A stretch of DNA of 64,000 nt from an uncultured Gammaproteobacteria bacterium (lineage in GTDB: Bacteria; Pseudomonadota; Gammaproteobacteria; JACCXJ01): assembly GCA_963764725.1 (NCBI GenBank), contig CAVXTM010000011.1, positions 1 through 64,000 on the forward strand, in the 5' to 3' direction. Position 1 is the stretch's first letter, and each line of letters starts with the position of its first letter. Positions 20,309 to 30,174 of this stretch are shown one piece after another. The notes beneath the pieces were generated by a model, which did not search any database, had not been told where the DNA came from, and worked only from the letters and a program-made list of their open reading frames with translations. The translations under genes were made by a program, and so were the position numbers.

Positions 20309-21177
20309 ATAGCACCTTGATGCGAGCCCCGCGCGTGCTCTTCGGCGAGCCGATCCAACAACGGGGAGCGGTTTAACCCTCTGGCCACAATCCCTTGCCA
20401 ATCATCAGGCAAGGCCCGAATCACATCGCGCGCCCGCGCTTGCGCGCTAAAGTGAACGAACACGCAGGCGCCGGTTCCCGTTAGCCGGGCGTCGCCCCAT
20501 TGCTTGAGCCAGTCCAAGGCCCTTGCCACTTCCGGGTAACGCGCCCGCACCACGGGTTCGCAGTCGTTGCGGCCGCCCGAGTTGATGAAATCGGCGATTG
20601 TGATGGCAGTCGAATCCCGTGTCAAATGCGGATCGGCGAACACTGCCTCGGTCGATACCATGCAGGGGGGTTGGATGATCGAAAACCAGGGCTCATCGAG
20701 CGACAGCGTCGTCAGCTTCTCTCCGACTCCTTCCGCCCAAGCCGCCCGGCCATGGATAAAGATGGGAATATCGGCGCCGAGTTTTACCCCTAATTCGATC
20801 AGGCGCTCGGTGGGCAATCCAAGTCCCCATAATTGGTTTAAGGCGACGAGCGTGGTTGCGGCGTCGGAGCTCCCTCCGCCGAGTCCGGCGCCGATCGGCA
20901 AACGCTTTCTTACCCTGAGATCGGCGCCGAAGCGGGTACCCGTGGCCGCCTGCAGAGACCGCGCCGACTTGACCACCAGGTCATCGTCGGCATGCACGCC
21001 GGACAGCTCCGACAAGCGCCTGATCCTGCCGTCCTCGCGCGGATGGATTTCGATGCTATCGCCCCAATCCAGGAATTGAAATACGGTTTGTAACTCGTGA
21101 TAACCGTCCCCGCGCCTCCCGGTAATGTGGAGAAATAGATTTATCTTTGCCGGTGCGGGCCAGGGTGTGGCGAGCAC
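20299..21177 (-). CDS. ispE: 4-diphosphocytidyl-2-C-methyl-D-erythritol kinase
   Basis: PAPAKINLFLHI, GAGLGGGSSDAA, LTGTGACVF. Confidence 0.97.
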   Translation of the reverse strand: MLATPWPAPAKINLFLHITGRRGDGYHELQTVFQFLDWGDSIEIHPREDGRIRRLSELSGVHADDDLVVKSARSLQAATGTRFGADLRVRKRLPIGAGLGGGSSDAATTLVALNQLWGLGLPTERLIELGVKLGADIPIFIHGRAAWAEGVGEKLTTLSLDEPWFSIIQPPCMVSTEAVFADPHLTRDSTAITIADFINSGGRNDCEPVVRARYPEVARALDWLKQWGDARLTGTGACVFVHFSAQARARDVIRALPDDWQGIVARGLNRSPLLDRLAEEHARGSHQGAIGV

Positions 21178-21180
21178 TTT

Positions 21181-21783
21181 TCAACCCATCTCCCAGCTTT
21201 GCACGACCATCCGCAGCTCGAGCTGATCGCTGTGCAAGGAGAGCTTGAGCGGGAGATCGACCGCCCCGCTGCGGCCATAACCTAGAACACTGATGCGCCA
21301 CCCGGACTGCTCTAGATCGACCATGCGGCCCAAGGGATCCAACTGAAGCCGGGATACCGGCGCCTCGGGATCTGGGATCCCGCGCACCCAGTAATGGAGA
21401 CCCGCCACCGGCAGGGTCCACCCGAGTTGCTCCGAGAGCAGGGTCTCGGCATCGCGGGCCGTTAAAGATTTATTGTCCGGCGTACGCAGGACGACGCCGC
21501 TCGCATCGCCATCCAGACCGTAGGTTCCTTGTCCCAGCGGGGCGACGATTCGCAGCGAGAAACCTTCACCCGCCTGTCGCCACTGCAAACCCGCGTGCCA
21601 ACCGTCTCGGGGTGTCTGCACCGCGACTCTCCCATGGAGCGACCAGCGCCGCAAGGCATCGATCTCGCCGCGGTGGCGTTGCCAAGCCTGATCGATAGCC
21701 GCGTTCCCGCCCAAGTGGTAGACGGGGATCTGCGCGCACGCGGCGAGCATGAGCAACCCAAGCGCGGCAAGCCTTGTTTTCAC
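21181..21783 (-). CDS. lolB: Outer-membrane lipoprotein LolB
   Basis: Lipobox LAAC, LGW.LPV..L.YWV.G.P and LEQSGW; upstream of ispE; GTG start overlaps the TPR gene stop. Confidence 0.92.
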   Translation of the reverse strand: MKTRLAALGLLMLAACAQIPVYHLGGNAAIDQAWQRHRGEIDALRRWSLHGRVAVQTPRDGWHAGLQWRQAGEGFSLRIVAPLGQGTYGLDGDASGVVLRTPDNKSLTARDAETLLSEQLGWTLPVAGLHYWVRGIPDPEAPVSRLQLDPLGRMVDLEQSGWRISVLGYGRSGAVDLPLKLSLHSDQLELRMVVQSWEMG

Positions 21784-23546
21784 TGGTTGAGCCGTCTCAT
21801 CACTTTCAGTAGGTTCGGGTCCCCCGGCGCTACCCGCAGCGCGCCGTCCCAAACCCGCCGTGCCTCGGCCCTGTCGCCCTTCACCCACAGGATCTCCCCG
21901 AGATGCGCCGCGACCTCGGGGTCATTGCGGATCTGGAGCGCTCGTCGAAGATAGTTTTCTGCCTCATCCAAGCGCCCTAAACGGTAAAGCACCCACCCCA
22001 TGCTATCGAGGACAAAAAAATCATTCGGCGTCAATTCCAGCGCTCTTTTGATGAGCGCGTAAGCCTCTTGGTAACGGGTGGTGCGATCGGCGAGAGAAAA
22101 ACCGAGGGCGTTGAGGGCTTGAGCGTTCTTGGGTTCGCGCGCCAGAATGTGCTTCAGATCGCGCTCCAACAGATCGATGCGGCCGATCTTGTCCGCGAGC
22201 ATTGCCCGGGTATAGAGCAGTTCCGAATCATAACCCCCGGCCAGCGCTTGGTCATAAAGCTTCATGGCCTCCGTGTACCGGCCTTGGTGGCTAAGTATTT
22301 CGCCCGCGATCCGGATTGCCTTTATCCTCTGCTGCTCGTTCGTAGGATTGATGGTCGCCAGATGGCGCTCGGCGTCTTTCACCTTACCGTCTTTAACCAG
22401 CGTCAGCGCGATGCTCAGTTGGGCGTCGAAATGGTTCGGTCCTTCCTCGACCGATGCGTACCAATGAAGCGCCGATCCGTAATCCTTTTTCGCTTCGGCT
22501 ATTTGTCCCAAGTAAAAACGCGCATCCTGGGTGTACTGCCCGCTCCGCGCGATGCGCATAAAACTTTGCTCGGCTTTGGCCAGGTCATTGCCTTGGAGGT
22601 AGAGCAGCCCTAGCGCAAAGCGGACATCAGGGTTGTCGGGTTGCTCCTTAGCAAGGATCTCGAATTGGTCGCGGGCCGCATCGAAACGCTTATTGTCGGC
22701 GAGCAGCCGGCCGTAAGCCATGCGCAGATGAAAGTCCTCGGGATGTTCCTTCACGGCCTCCTCGATCCAGGTCAAGGCGGTTTGCACGTCGCCCTGCTTT
22801 TGCAAGATCCCGAGATAGGCCACCGCCATGTTCGTGTCGAAGGGAGGAAGTCTCAGCGCCCGCTCCATGGTTTCCCGCGCTACCTGAACCTTGCCGGCGC
22901 GAAGCGCCAACCACGCATAAGCGAATAAGGCCTGCGGGTCATCTTGGCGTTTCGCCACCAACCGCTCCATTACCCCGAGCGCCGCGGCTTGGTCCTTTCC
23001 GGTGCTGAGTAAATTGGCGATCAAGCGCAAGTTATGACTCGCCCGCTCATCGTCTGAGTGCGTCGCGATTTCGAGATGTTTCAAGGCTTCGTCATGCCGA
23101 CCTCCGCGTATCAATAACGCCGCCAACACACGCCGCGCCTCCGGATCATCCCCGGCGCGCGCGACCCAGAGCTCGGCCCCTTCGAGCGCGTCGTGTTCGC
23201 GTTTGGCAAAAATCGCGATGCGGGTCGCACGCTCCGCGACGCGCGCATCGGCTACTGTACGTGCGATGGCTAAATAATTTTCTGCCGCGATCTCGGGATG
23301 CCCCCGCTGCCCGGCGATTTCAGCGACCAGCAGCTTGTATAACATCTCTTCGGTGAGGTCGATCCTCGGCGTGGGGGCAACGGCGTTCGCGGAGGGCTGG
23401 ATCACCGCTTGCGTCCCCGGCTGGGTCTGAACCTGGCTCGTAGCGCAACCGGCGAGCCACGCTGCGAGTAGGCACACAAGCCCAGAGCGCGGAGATTGGC
23501 GCCGCCTAAACGGCGCCAACGTCAAGGAATCACGCGAGGACAGCAT
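21780..23546 (-). CDS. TPR-repeat lipoprotein
   Basis: Lipobox LAGC, LLVAEIAGQRG, ALNALGFSLAD, DSMGWVLYR; conserved position next to lolB. Confidence 0.92.
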   Translation of the reverse strand: MLSSRDSLTLAPFRRRQSPRSGLVCLLAAWLAGCATSQVQTQPGTQAVIQPSANAVAPTPRIDLTEEMLYKLLVAEIAGQRGHPEIAAENYLAIARTVADARVAERATRIAIFAKREHDALEGAELWVARAGDDPEARRVLAALLIRGGRHDEALKHLEIATHSDDERASHNLRLIANLLSTGKDQAAALGVMERLVAKRQDDPQALFAYAWLALRAGKVQVARETMERALRLPPFDTNMAVAYLGILQKQGDVQTALTWIEEAVKEHPEDFHLRMAYGRLLADNKRFDAARDQFEILAKEQPDNPDVRFALGLLYLQGNDLAKAEQSFMRIARSGQYTQDARFYLGQIAEAKKDYGSALHWYASVEEGPNHFDAQLSIALTLVKDGKVKDAERHLATINPTNEQQRIKAIRIAGEILSHQGRYTEAMKLYDQALAGGYDSELLYTRAMLADKIGRIDLLERDLKHILAREPKNAQALNALGFSLADRTTRYQEAYALIKRALELTPNDFFVLDSMGWVLYRLGRLDEAENYLRRALQIRNDPEVAAHLGEILWVKGDRAEARRVWDGALRVAPGDPNLLKVMRRLNQ

Positions 23547-23570
23547 GGTTGAATGTCTACATCCATGGTT

Positions 23571-23716
23571 TAGGGAAGCTCTCCAAACTTACTGCGCAGC
23601 CCATCTGCTTTGTCGCGTGCTCGCTGGTCGCTCGCCTATCTACCTGATATGTCTCGCGACTCGCTCCGCGGCTTCGCGCATCTGCTTGCTCGCGACACTT
23701 TTGCAGAGCTTCCTTC
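23571..23716. repeat. MITE-like element, subfamily B, copy 2
   Basis: TIRs ggaagctct / agagcttcc; inverted copy of 17768-17916. Confidence 0.8.
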
Positions 23717-23874
23717 GCAGTGGACTTATGAACGCGTTGACCGACCCCGGTAAGGTCTTGAAAACAGCGTCAGAAACCTCGGCAGCACTTCAGAATGGCG
23801 ACTTCGACCAACCTCGGGGATATGCTAATGTTGCTATTCTACTGCATTCGTATGAGTAATTACTAAGACCGCCG

Positions 23875-24957
23875 ATGAAGGATTCTTTGCGCATAAAACT
23901 CGAACGGCTGCGCGACAGGCTGTCAGAGTTAGATCACCTGCTTGCCGATCAACGGGTGATCAACGATCAAGTGGCTTTCAGAGCGCTTGGGCGGGAATAT
24001 GCCGAGCTGAGCCCGGTCGTGTCGTGCTTCGGCGAGCATTTGCAAAACCGCAAGGCGATCGAGGCAGCCAAGGAGATACTTAACGATGGCGATCCCGAAC
24101 TGCGGGCCCTGGCCGCGGAAGAACTGAAGGAGGCCACGGCAAAGGACACGCGTCTCGAACGGGAACTTCATGCCTACTTGCTCCCGAGCGACCCCGCGGA
24201 TAACAACAACATCTTCCTCGAGGTGCGGGCGGGAACCGGCGGCGGCGAGGCGGCGCTGTTCGCGGGCGATCTCTTCAGGATGTATACGCGCTACGCAGAA
24301 CTGAGGTCATGGGGCATCGAGATCCTCAGCGCCAGCCGCACCGAGGGCGGGGGTTACAAGGAAATTATCGCCCGCGTTGCCGGGCGCGGGGCATACTCGA
24401 GACTTAAATTCGAGTCCGGGGTGCACCGGGTTCAACGGGTGCCAGCAACCGAGGCGCAAGGCCGCATACATACCTCCGCTTGCACGGTCGCCGTGCTGCC
24501 GGAAGCCGATGAGGTCACGAACATCGAGATCTCGCCCTCCGATCTTCGCATTGATACGTTCCGGGCATCGGGCGCCGGCGGACAGCATGTTAATAAAACC
24601 GATTCCGCGATCCGCATCACGCACCTACCGACGGGGCTGGTCGTGGAGTGCCAGGAAGAACGCTCCCAACATAAGAACCGCGCCCGCGCGCTGAGCCTGC
24701 TGCGGTCAAGGCTCCTGTCCGCCGAGCGCGAACGGCAGCGCGCGGAACAAGCGGAGAGCCGCCGCATCCTGGTCGGCAGCGGGGATCGGTCCGAACGCAT
24801 CCGGACCTACAATTTTCCGCAAGGCCGGCTCACCGATCACCGCATCAATCTCACCCTGTATAAGCTTAACGATATTCTCGAAGGACAGATCGACCTCGTC
24901 ATCGATCCGCTTATCAGCGAGCATCAGGCGGAGTTGATGGCGGCTACTGGTGCTTAA
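23875..24957 (+). CDS. prfA: Peptide chain release factor 1
   Basis: PAT (PxT) motif, [22 protein letters not shown]. Confidence 0.98.
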   Translation: MKDSLRIKLERLRDRLSELDHLLADQRVINDQVAFRALGREYAELSPVVSCFGEHLQNRKAIEAAKEILNDGDPELRALAAEELKEATAKDTRLERELHAYLLPSDPADNNNIFLEVRAGTGGGEAALFAGDLFRMYTRYAELRSWGIEILSASRTEGGGYKEIIARVAGRGAYSRLKFESGVHRVQRVPATEAQGRIHTSACTVAVLPEADEVTNIEISPSDLRIDTFRASGAGGQHVNKTDSAIRITHLPTGLVVECQEERSQHKNRARALSLLRSRLLSAERERQRAEQAESRRILVGSGDRSERIRTYNFPQGRLTDHRINLTLYKLNDILEGQIDLVIDPLISEHQAELMAATGA

Positions 24958-25819
24958 TCAGAAGCGGCCGCGCTCACCAACCATTGGGTCCATCATCGCG
25001 GAGGCCGAGCGCAAGCTCGCTAGGTTGGGGTCGGCACGGCTCGACGCCGAGTTGTTACTGGCTAAACTCCTCGGTGTCAGCCGCGCCCATCTCTACGCCT
25101 ATCCCGAGCGCCCCTTACCGGTGCGCGCGGCTATAAGGTATGGGCGGGTCATCGACGAGCGCGCCCGCGGCGTTCCGCTCGCCTATTTGGCCGGATCGCA
25201 CGAGTTCTGGTCGTTAGAGATCACGGTTAACCCAAACACCCTTATCCCGCGTCCGGAAACCGAGCACCTCGTGGAAACCGCGCTCGCCCTGATTCACTCC
25301 CACGGCCTGCGTACGGTGGCGGATCTCGGCACCGGCAGCGGCGCCGTGGCGCTCGCCCTTAAGCGCGAAGTTCCATCGCTCGGAGTGTTCGCCACAGATA
25401 TTTCTCCGCAAGCCCTCGTGGTCGCGCGGCGCAACGTTAAGGTGCTGGGGCTGTCCGGCATTAAGTTACTCCGGGGAGACTGGTACCGAGCGTTGCCCGA
25501 GCGACGATTTGATCTGATTGTGTCGAACCCCCCTTACGTGGCCTCGGACGACCCGCGCCTTCGCATGGGCGAAATCCGCTTCGAGCCTTTGATCGCCCTT
25601 GACGGAGGCCGTGACGGACTGGAAGCGATCCGTAAGGTCATCGCGGGCGCCCGTGAGCGCTTGCAAGCGGGCGGCTGGCTTGCGATCGAGCACGGACCCG
25701 AGCAAAGAAAACCGGTCGAGACTCTGTTCGGTGCGCACGGATTTCGTTCCATCGGGTGCGTTCGTGATTATGCCGGCCATGAGCGCATCTGCCTTGGGCG
25801 CTTTGTCGTGGCGGATTGA
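24950..25819 (+). CDS. prmC: Release factor glutamine methyltransferase
   Basis: [21 protein letters not shown]. Confidence 0.97.
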   Translation: MLNQKRPRSPTIGSIIAEAERKLARLGSARLDAELLLAKLLGVSRAHLYAYPERPLPVRAAIRYGRVIDERARGVPLAYLAGSHEFWSLEITVNPNTLIPRPETEHLVETALALIHSHGLRTVADLGTGSGAVALALKREVPSLGVFATDISPQALVVARRNVKVLGLSGIKLLRGDWYRALPERRFDLIVSNPPYVASDDPRLRMGEIRFEPLIALDGGRDGLEAIRKVIAGARERLQAGGWLAIEHGPEQRKPVETLFGAHGFRSIGCVRDYAGHERICLGRFVVAD

Positions 25820-25868
25820 ACCGAGTATTTCGCAAGCGCCCCGTTCCGTGGAAACCTATTCTGGCTCG

Positions 25869-26630
25869 ATGCAAGACCCACAACTGCTCCGCTACAGCCG
25901 CCAGATCTTGTTGCCTGAGATCGACATTGCCGGCCAAGAGCGGCTCCTGGGCGCGACCGTGATGATCTTAGGCCTGGGCGGGCTCGGATCGGCGGCCGGC
26001 ATGTATTTGGCGGCCGCCGGCATCGGTCACCTCATCTTGGTCGATTTTGATCGGGTCGATGTGGCGAATTTGCAGCGTCAAATCGCCCACAGCACCAAGG
26101 ATATCGGCCGGCTCAAGGTCGACTCCGCGGCGGAACGCCTGGATGCGCTCAATCCCGATTGTCGAATAACGACGATCGGCTGTCGACTGGACAGCGGCGA
26201 GTTGACCCGAACAATGGCCGGGGTCGACGCCGTGGTGGATGCCAGCGACAACTTCGCGACCCGTTTCGCGTTGAATCAGGCCTGCTACGAAACGAAAACA
26301 TCGCTCGTTTCAGGCGCCGCCATGGGATTCGGAGGGCAGGTGGGTGTGTTTAAACCAGGCCAGGCAGACAGCCCTTGCTATGCCTGCCTCTATGACGACC
26401 ACGATGCGGCCGTGGACACCTGTACGGAATCGGGCGTGATCGCGCCCTTGGTGGGGATCATCGGCAGCGTGCAGGCGCTCGAAATCATCAAGCTGCTCAC
26501 GGCCACGGGCGTATCCCTGCTCGGGCGGCTGCTCCGGCTCGAAGCTCTAACGATGACCTGGACCAGCGCGCGGATCGCTAAGGATCCGCGCTGTCGCGTC
26601 TGCGGCGGCGTAAAACCGATCTCGGTCTAG
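25869..26630 (+). CDS. moeB: MoeB/ThiF family adenylyltransferase
   Basis: RYSRQI, GLGGLG, NLQRQ, DNFATR, CYAC and CRVC; moeB versus thiF not resolvable. Confidence 0.88.
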   Translation: MQDPQLLRYSRQILLPEIDIAGQERLLGATVMILGLGGLGSAAGMYLAAAGIGHLILVDFDRVDVANLQRQIAHSTKDIGRLKVDSAAERLDALNPDCRITTIGCRLDSGELTRTMAGVDAVVDASDNFATRFALNQACYETKTSLVSGAAMGFGGQVGVFKPGQADSPCYACLYDDHDAAVDTCTESGVIAPLVGIIGSVQALEIIKLLTATGVSLLGRLLRLEALTMTWTSARIAKDPRCRVCGGVKPISV

Positions 26631-26700
26631 CGCTTTTGGGCGTTGATCGCTCCGCAATCTGCATTCCGGCAGAGGATCACCGGGCTGCCATTACGGCCCG

Positions 26701-27066
26701 TTAATCGTCCAACTCGTGGCCGATCACGCTACCTGCGATGGCGCCGGCGCCCGTGGCGAAGGGGTCACCGTAACTCAATTCACTGCCTAAGAAACCGCCG
26801 ACCACCCCGCCCAGGATGATCCCGAGCGGCGAGTGACCATCGTAGTGCCGACGATATCCATGACCCCCGGCATAATAGTGATTACGCTGCTGATAATTGT
26901 ACCGGGGTCGGTACTCCGGATAAAAACGCGGAGCGTGATGATAGTGGCGGTGATGGTGGTAATTGCGGCCATGATGCCCATGACCATGGTGGCCGCCCCC
27001 CGCAAATCCCGGCGAAGATAATAGTAAACTTACCGCCATTGCGCTGCCAAGCATAAAATTTTTCAT
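26701..27066 (-). CDS. Secreted His/Tyr-rich protein with glycine-zipper tail
   Basis: RBS aggagg, signal peptide, His-rich tract, GGVVGGFLG..GAGAIAGSVIG. Confidence 0.75.
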   Translation of the reverse strand: MKNFMLGSAMAVSLLLSSPGFAGGGHHGHGHHGRNYHHHRHYHHAPRFYPEYRPRYNYQQRNHYYAGGHGYRRHYDGHSPLGIILGGVVGGFLGSELSYGDPFATGAGAIAGSVIGHELDD

Positions 27067-27192
27067 CGCTAACCTCCTGTATAAACACCGGTCTCTGGTT
27101 TATCCAACGGGCGCATTTCCCATAAAACGCCGCCAGGTTACAGGTGGGAGGCTGAACGGAGGCTGAATACCGCTTGAGGCTCGCGATGCCTT

Positions 27193-28155
27193 TCAATTAC
27201 TCGACAAACGGTAGTTGTGCATGAATTGCCAACTGCGCGTAATGTGAAGGATATCGACCTCACCGCTGATGTTGTCGGGGAAGGGTGCGAACGGTTGCGC
27301 TAATTTCACGATCCGGATCGCCGCGTCATCGAGGACTTTAAAACCCGACGGCCTTCGCACCGCGACTTCAAACACGGAGCCATCGGCTCGCAGCGCCACA
27401 TCGAGGATCAGGTTGCCGGCGAGCTTATTGCGGCGCGCTTCCTCGGGGTAATTGAGGTTTCCGACCCGTTCCACCTTGGTGCGCCATGCTTCCATATAGG
27501 CGGCGTAACGGTACTCCGTCGTGGTGGCGGAGATAAATTTACGTTTCGGCCGTTTAGCCCGTGCTTCCAAGCGTTGGGCCAGCTCGGCATTCAAGCTGGC
27601 CATCGCCAGGCTGTGGCTGATCAGCATCGTCGCACTCGCAGGCGGCGCCGCTATCGCACTCGGTTCCTGAACCGCTTGGCTCTTCTTTGCAGGCTCCGCG
27701 ACCACGGCCTTATGGTTGGATTTCGCCTCGGCGACCAATACCTTACGCTGTTGTTTTTGGCCGCTCTTATCGGCAACCTCGCGCTTGAGTTCCTTGGTCA
27801 TCGCCTTGACCGCTTGCTCGAGCCGACTCACGCTTCCGGGAGGGGGCGCCGCGGCGACGTCCGCGCGCCGTTCGGGAAAGGGCGCGGCGAGCAGTGTGGT
27901 CGGACGCAACTTGCGCTCGCTCTCTCCTCCGCCCACCAGGTCGGCTTGCGCCAAGAGATCGGCTTTAGCGGGTCTCCGGGCGCTACGCTGCTGCACTAAA
28001 ATCACATCCAGGGAATCGTAACGCGGCGCGGGTCGATCCGGGGGCACGAAGCTCACGCCCAGGATGACGATCGCGTGCACCACGAGGGCAAAACAGAGTG
28101 TAAGCGTCAACCGATCGGCCGGAGTAACCGTGGGATAGGCGACAGTCTCGCTCAC
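27193..28155 (-). CDS. TonB-family protein
   Basis: N-terminal TM, KVERVGNLNYPEEARR, SG...LDDAAIRIV..A.PFAPFP; GTG start coupled to the upstream stop. Confidence 0.9.
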   Translation of the reverse strand: MSETVAYPTVTPADRLTLTLCFALVVHAIVILGVSFVPPDRPAPRYDSLDVILVQQRSARRPAKADLLAQADLVGGGESERKLRPTTLLAAPFPERRADVAAAPPPGSVSRLEQAVKAMTKELKREVADKSGQKQQRKVLVAEAKSNHKAVVAEPAKKSQAVQEPSAIAAPPASATMLISHSLAMASLNAELAQRLEARAKRPKRKFISATTTEYRYAAYMEAWRTKVERVGNLNYPEEARRNKLAGNLILDVALRADGSVFEVAVRRPSGFKVLDDAAIRIVKLAQPFAPFPDNISGEVDILHITRSWQFMHNYRLSSN

Positions 28156-28664
28156 TTGGTCAATAGTACCTGGGTCATACTGCGGGCGATTATACCGTTC
28201 AAGAGTCCGAAGACGAGCGCCGCGCTCATCAGCACCGGAAGCAGCTTGAACAATCCGGTATGGGGTATGAATAGGCAATAAGCCGCACCGATTTGCCCTC
28301 CCATATGCGCGAGCGCGGCAAGCAGACTGTAGCCCACTTCACTCAAGGCCTTGCGACTGACGGACACGGCAAGACCCAGCACCATGAGACTCGCCAGGGC
28401 GCCGGACAGGCTTAAGGCGAAGCCCGGCGACAAAAACGTACCGGCGAGCAGGCTCCCCGCGAGCACCCGGAGTAGCGCTATCCAGGCCGCGGTCGCCCAT
28501 CCGAAACATACCAGCGCCGCCACGGTGACGATATTGGCCAAGCCCGGTTTGAAGCCGGGCAAGGGGCTGGGAAACGCCATTTCCAAAACGTACATCCCTA
28601 ACGCCAAGGCCGTTAACCATGCGATGCGGATGTCCTCTCGTGTGACCTCGAATTCCACGCTCAA
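28152..28664 (-). CDS. Gx transporter family (heptaprenyl-PP synthase component I-like) membrane protein
   Basis: PSPLPGFKPGLANIV, LSLSGA, AH..GQ. Confidence 0.88.
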   Translation of the reverse strand: MSVEFEVTREDIRIAWLTALALGMYVLEMAFPSPLPGFKPGLANIVTVAALVCFGWATAAWIALLRVLAGSLLAGTFLSPGFALSLSGALASLMVLGLAVSVSRKALSEVGYSLLAALAHMGGQIGAAYCLFIPHTGLFKLLPVLMSAALVFGLLNGIIARSMTQVLLTK

Positions 28665-29020
28665 AAGTTTATTGCATCAAAACCCGTACCTTTTCCTACG
28701 ACCTGAACCGCAACACCGTTCGGTAGACAAGCCGCGAAATCACCGTCGCTTGCGAGCCATCCGCTATGAATACATAGCTTAGCGAGGCAAGGCGCGCGAC
28801 GAAAGCGAATGCGGCCGTCCCGTATTTCGAGATCGGTGGGCCCCAGCACGCCCTCGATCACCACCGTGCGGTCAGCGCCGAGAGCAAGCCATAGGTCCGG
28901 TTTTCCGGCGCTCGACACCCGCGCGCTTTCCGCCATCGGCGCGGGCGCCCAAAAATGCGCATACAAGGCCGCGATCAGAGCTAGCGCCAGTATCAGAATG
29001 ACTTTATCGGCGGTCGTCAT
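28661..29020 (-). CDS. NusG domain II-containing protein
   Basis: N-terminal TM, G.LG.T.LEI.DG.IR and PC..KLCIHSGW.......ACLPN.V. Confidence 0.88.
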   Translation of the reverse strand: MTTADKVILILALALIAALYAHFWAPAPMAESARVSSAGKPDLWLALGADRTVVIEGVLGPTDLEIRDGRIRFRRAPCLAKLCIHSGWLASDGDFAACLPNGVAVQVVGKGTGFDAINF

Positions 29021-30057
29021 GGGTCCGCGCTTGTGAAGATACTCCGGCCAGGATCGACATGAAAACGTATGCGTGCCCCCAGCTTGGAGGTCACATGAAT
29101 GTTTCCGGCGGCGTCCACTAGCATGGCTTGATCTATTCCCATCGCATTCGCCAGCGCTTCCCAATGATCGGGACCTGCGACCAGTAGCGCGGTTGCCGTC
29201 GCATCGCCGACTGCCGCACTGCGACGGATCACCGTCGCACAAACCGCGTCCCGTACGGGATAACCGGTCCGTGGGTCGATCACATGATGATATCTTTTCC
29301 GATTATAAATGAAAAACCGTTCGTAATCTCCTGACGTTAAGATACTTTCATCAGTCTCTATCTCGATCGAAGCAAACACCCCCGGCGCCCGCGGATGGCG
29401 GATGCCGATACGCCAGGGCCGGACCCCGCGACGGCCGTAGGCGCGCAGATCGCCCCCGGCGTTGAGAATCGCATTCTTTATCCCCAAGGCGCGTAAGGCT
29501 TCGACCCCACGGTCAACAGCGTAACCCTTGGCATATGCGCCAAAATCCAGGCGCAACGCCTTATTCGTACTTTTGAGCGTTCGGCCCGCGAACACCAACG
29601 CCTGCATGCCCGGCTGCCCGGCGACTAGCCGCATGATATCCTTTCGTGGCGGCGGTTTTTGCGGCGGTTCGCCGCCGGTAAAGCCCCACAACTCGACGAG
29701 CCCCCCGATCGCGGGGTTAAATAGACCCTCGCTCAGCCGCGATAAGCGCGTGGCCTCGTCGATCATCGGTACAAGCATGGGGTCCACCGTAAAGGGCTGT
29801 CCTCGAGCGAGCAATCGATTGGTGCGCGCTAGAACGCCTTCCCGCCACGGGTACAGGTCTTCATCCAGCGTCTTGAAATCCTTTTCGATGCGGCGGTACG
29901 CCCGTTGCGCCGAGCGGGATTCCGCGCCGGCGATCGTCAGCTCGATGAGCGTCCCGAATGCGAAGAATTGAAACTCGTGGACGGGGATCTCGCGTTGTTC
30001 GCACGCGCATAGAAGAAAAGCTAAAACCGTCCCAATCCGGCACCGATGCGTATGCAT
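29017..30057 (-). CDS. apbE: FAD:protein FMN transferase
   Basis: DFGAYAKGYAVD, NAGGDL, TSGDYER, HHVIDPRTGYP. Confidence 0.95.
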   Translation of the reverse strand: MHTHRCRIGTVLAFLLCACEQREIPVHEFQFFAFGTLIELTIAGAESRSAQRAYRRIEKDFKTLDEDLYPWREGVLARTNRLLARGQPFTVDPMLVPMIDEATRLSRLSEGLFNPAIGGLVELWGFTGGEPPQKPPPRKDIMRLVAGQPGMQALVFAGRTLKSTNKALRLDFGAYAKGYAVDRGVEALRALGIKNAILNAGGDLRAYGRRGVRPWRIGIRHPRAPGVFASIEIETDESILTSGDYERFFIYNRKRYHHVIDPRTGYPVRDAVCATVIRRSAAVGDATATALLVAGPDHWEALANAMGIDQAMLVDAAGNIHVTSKLGARIRFHVDPGRSIFTSADP

Positions 30058-30100
30058 TTAAATTTATTTCCGGCGGGCTTGCCGCGGGATCCTTAGCCAT

Positions 30101-30166
30101 GGGGTTTCCAAAGGGGAGAGGCGCAGCTCTCCCCTTTGGTCGCTCCACGGGGTTCATACCCCGTGG
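30101..30166. repeat. Tandem GC-rich hairpins between gshB and apbE
   Basis: ccaaaggggagag-gcgcag-ctctcccctttgg followed by ccacggggt-tcat-accccgtgg. Confidence 0.65.
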
Positions 30167-30174
30167 TGGCGAAA

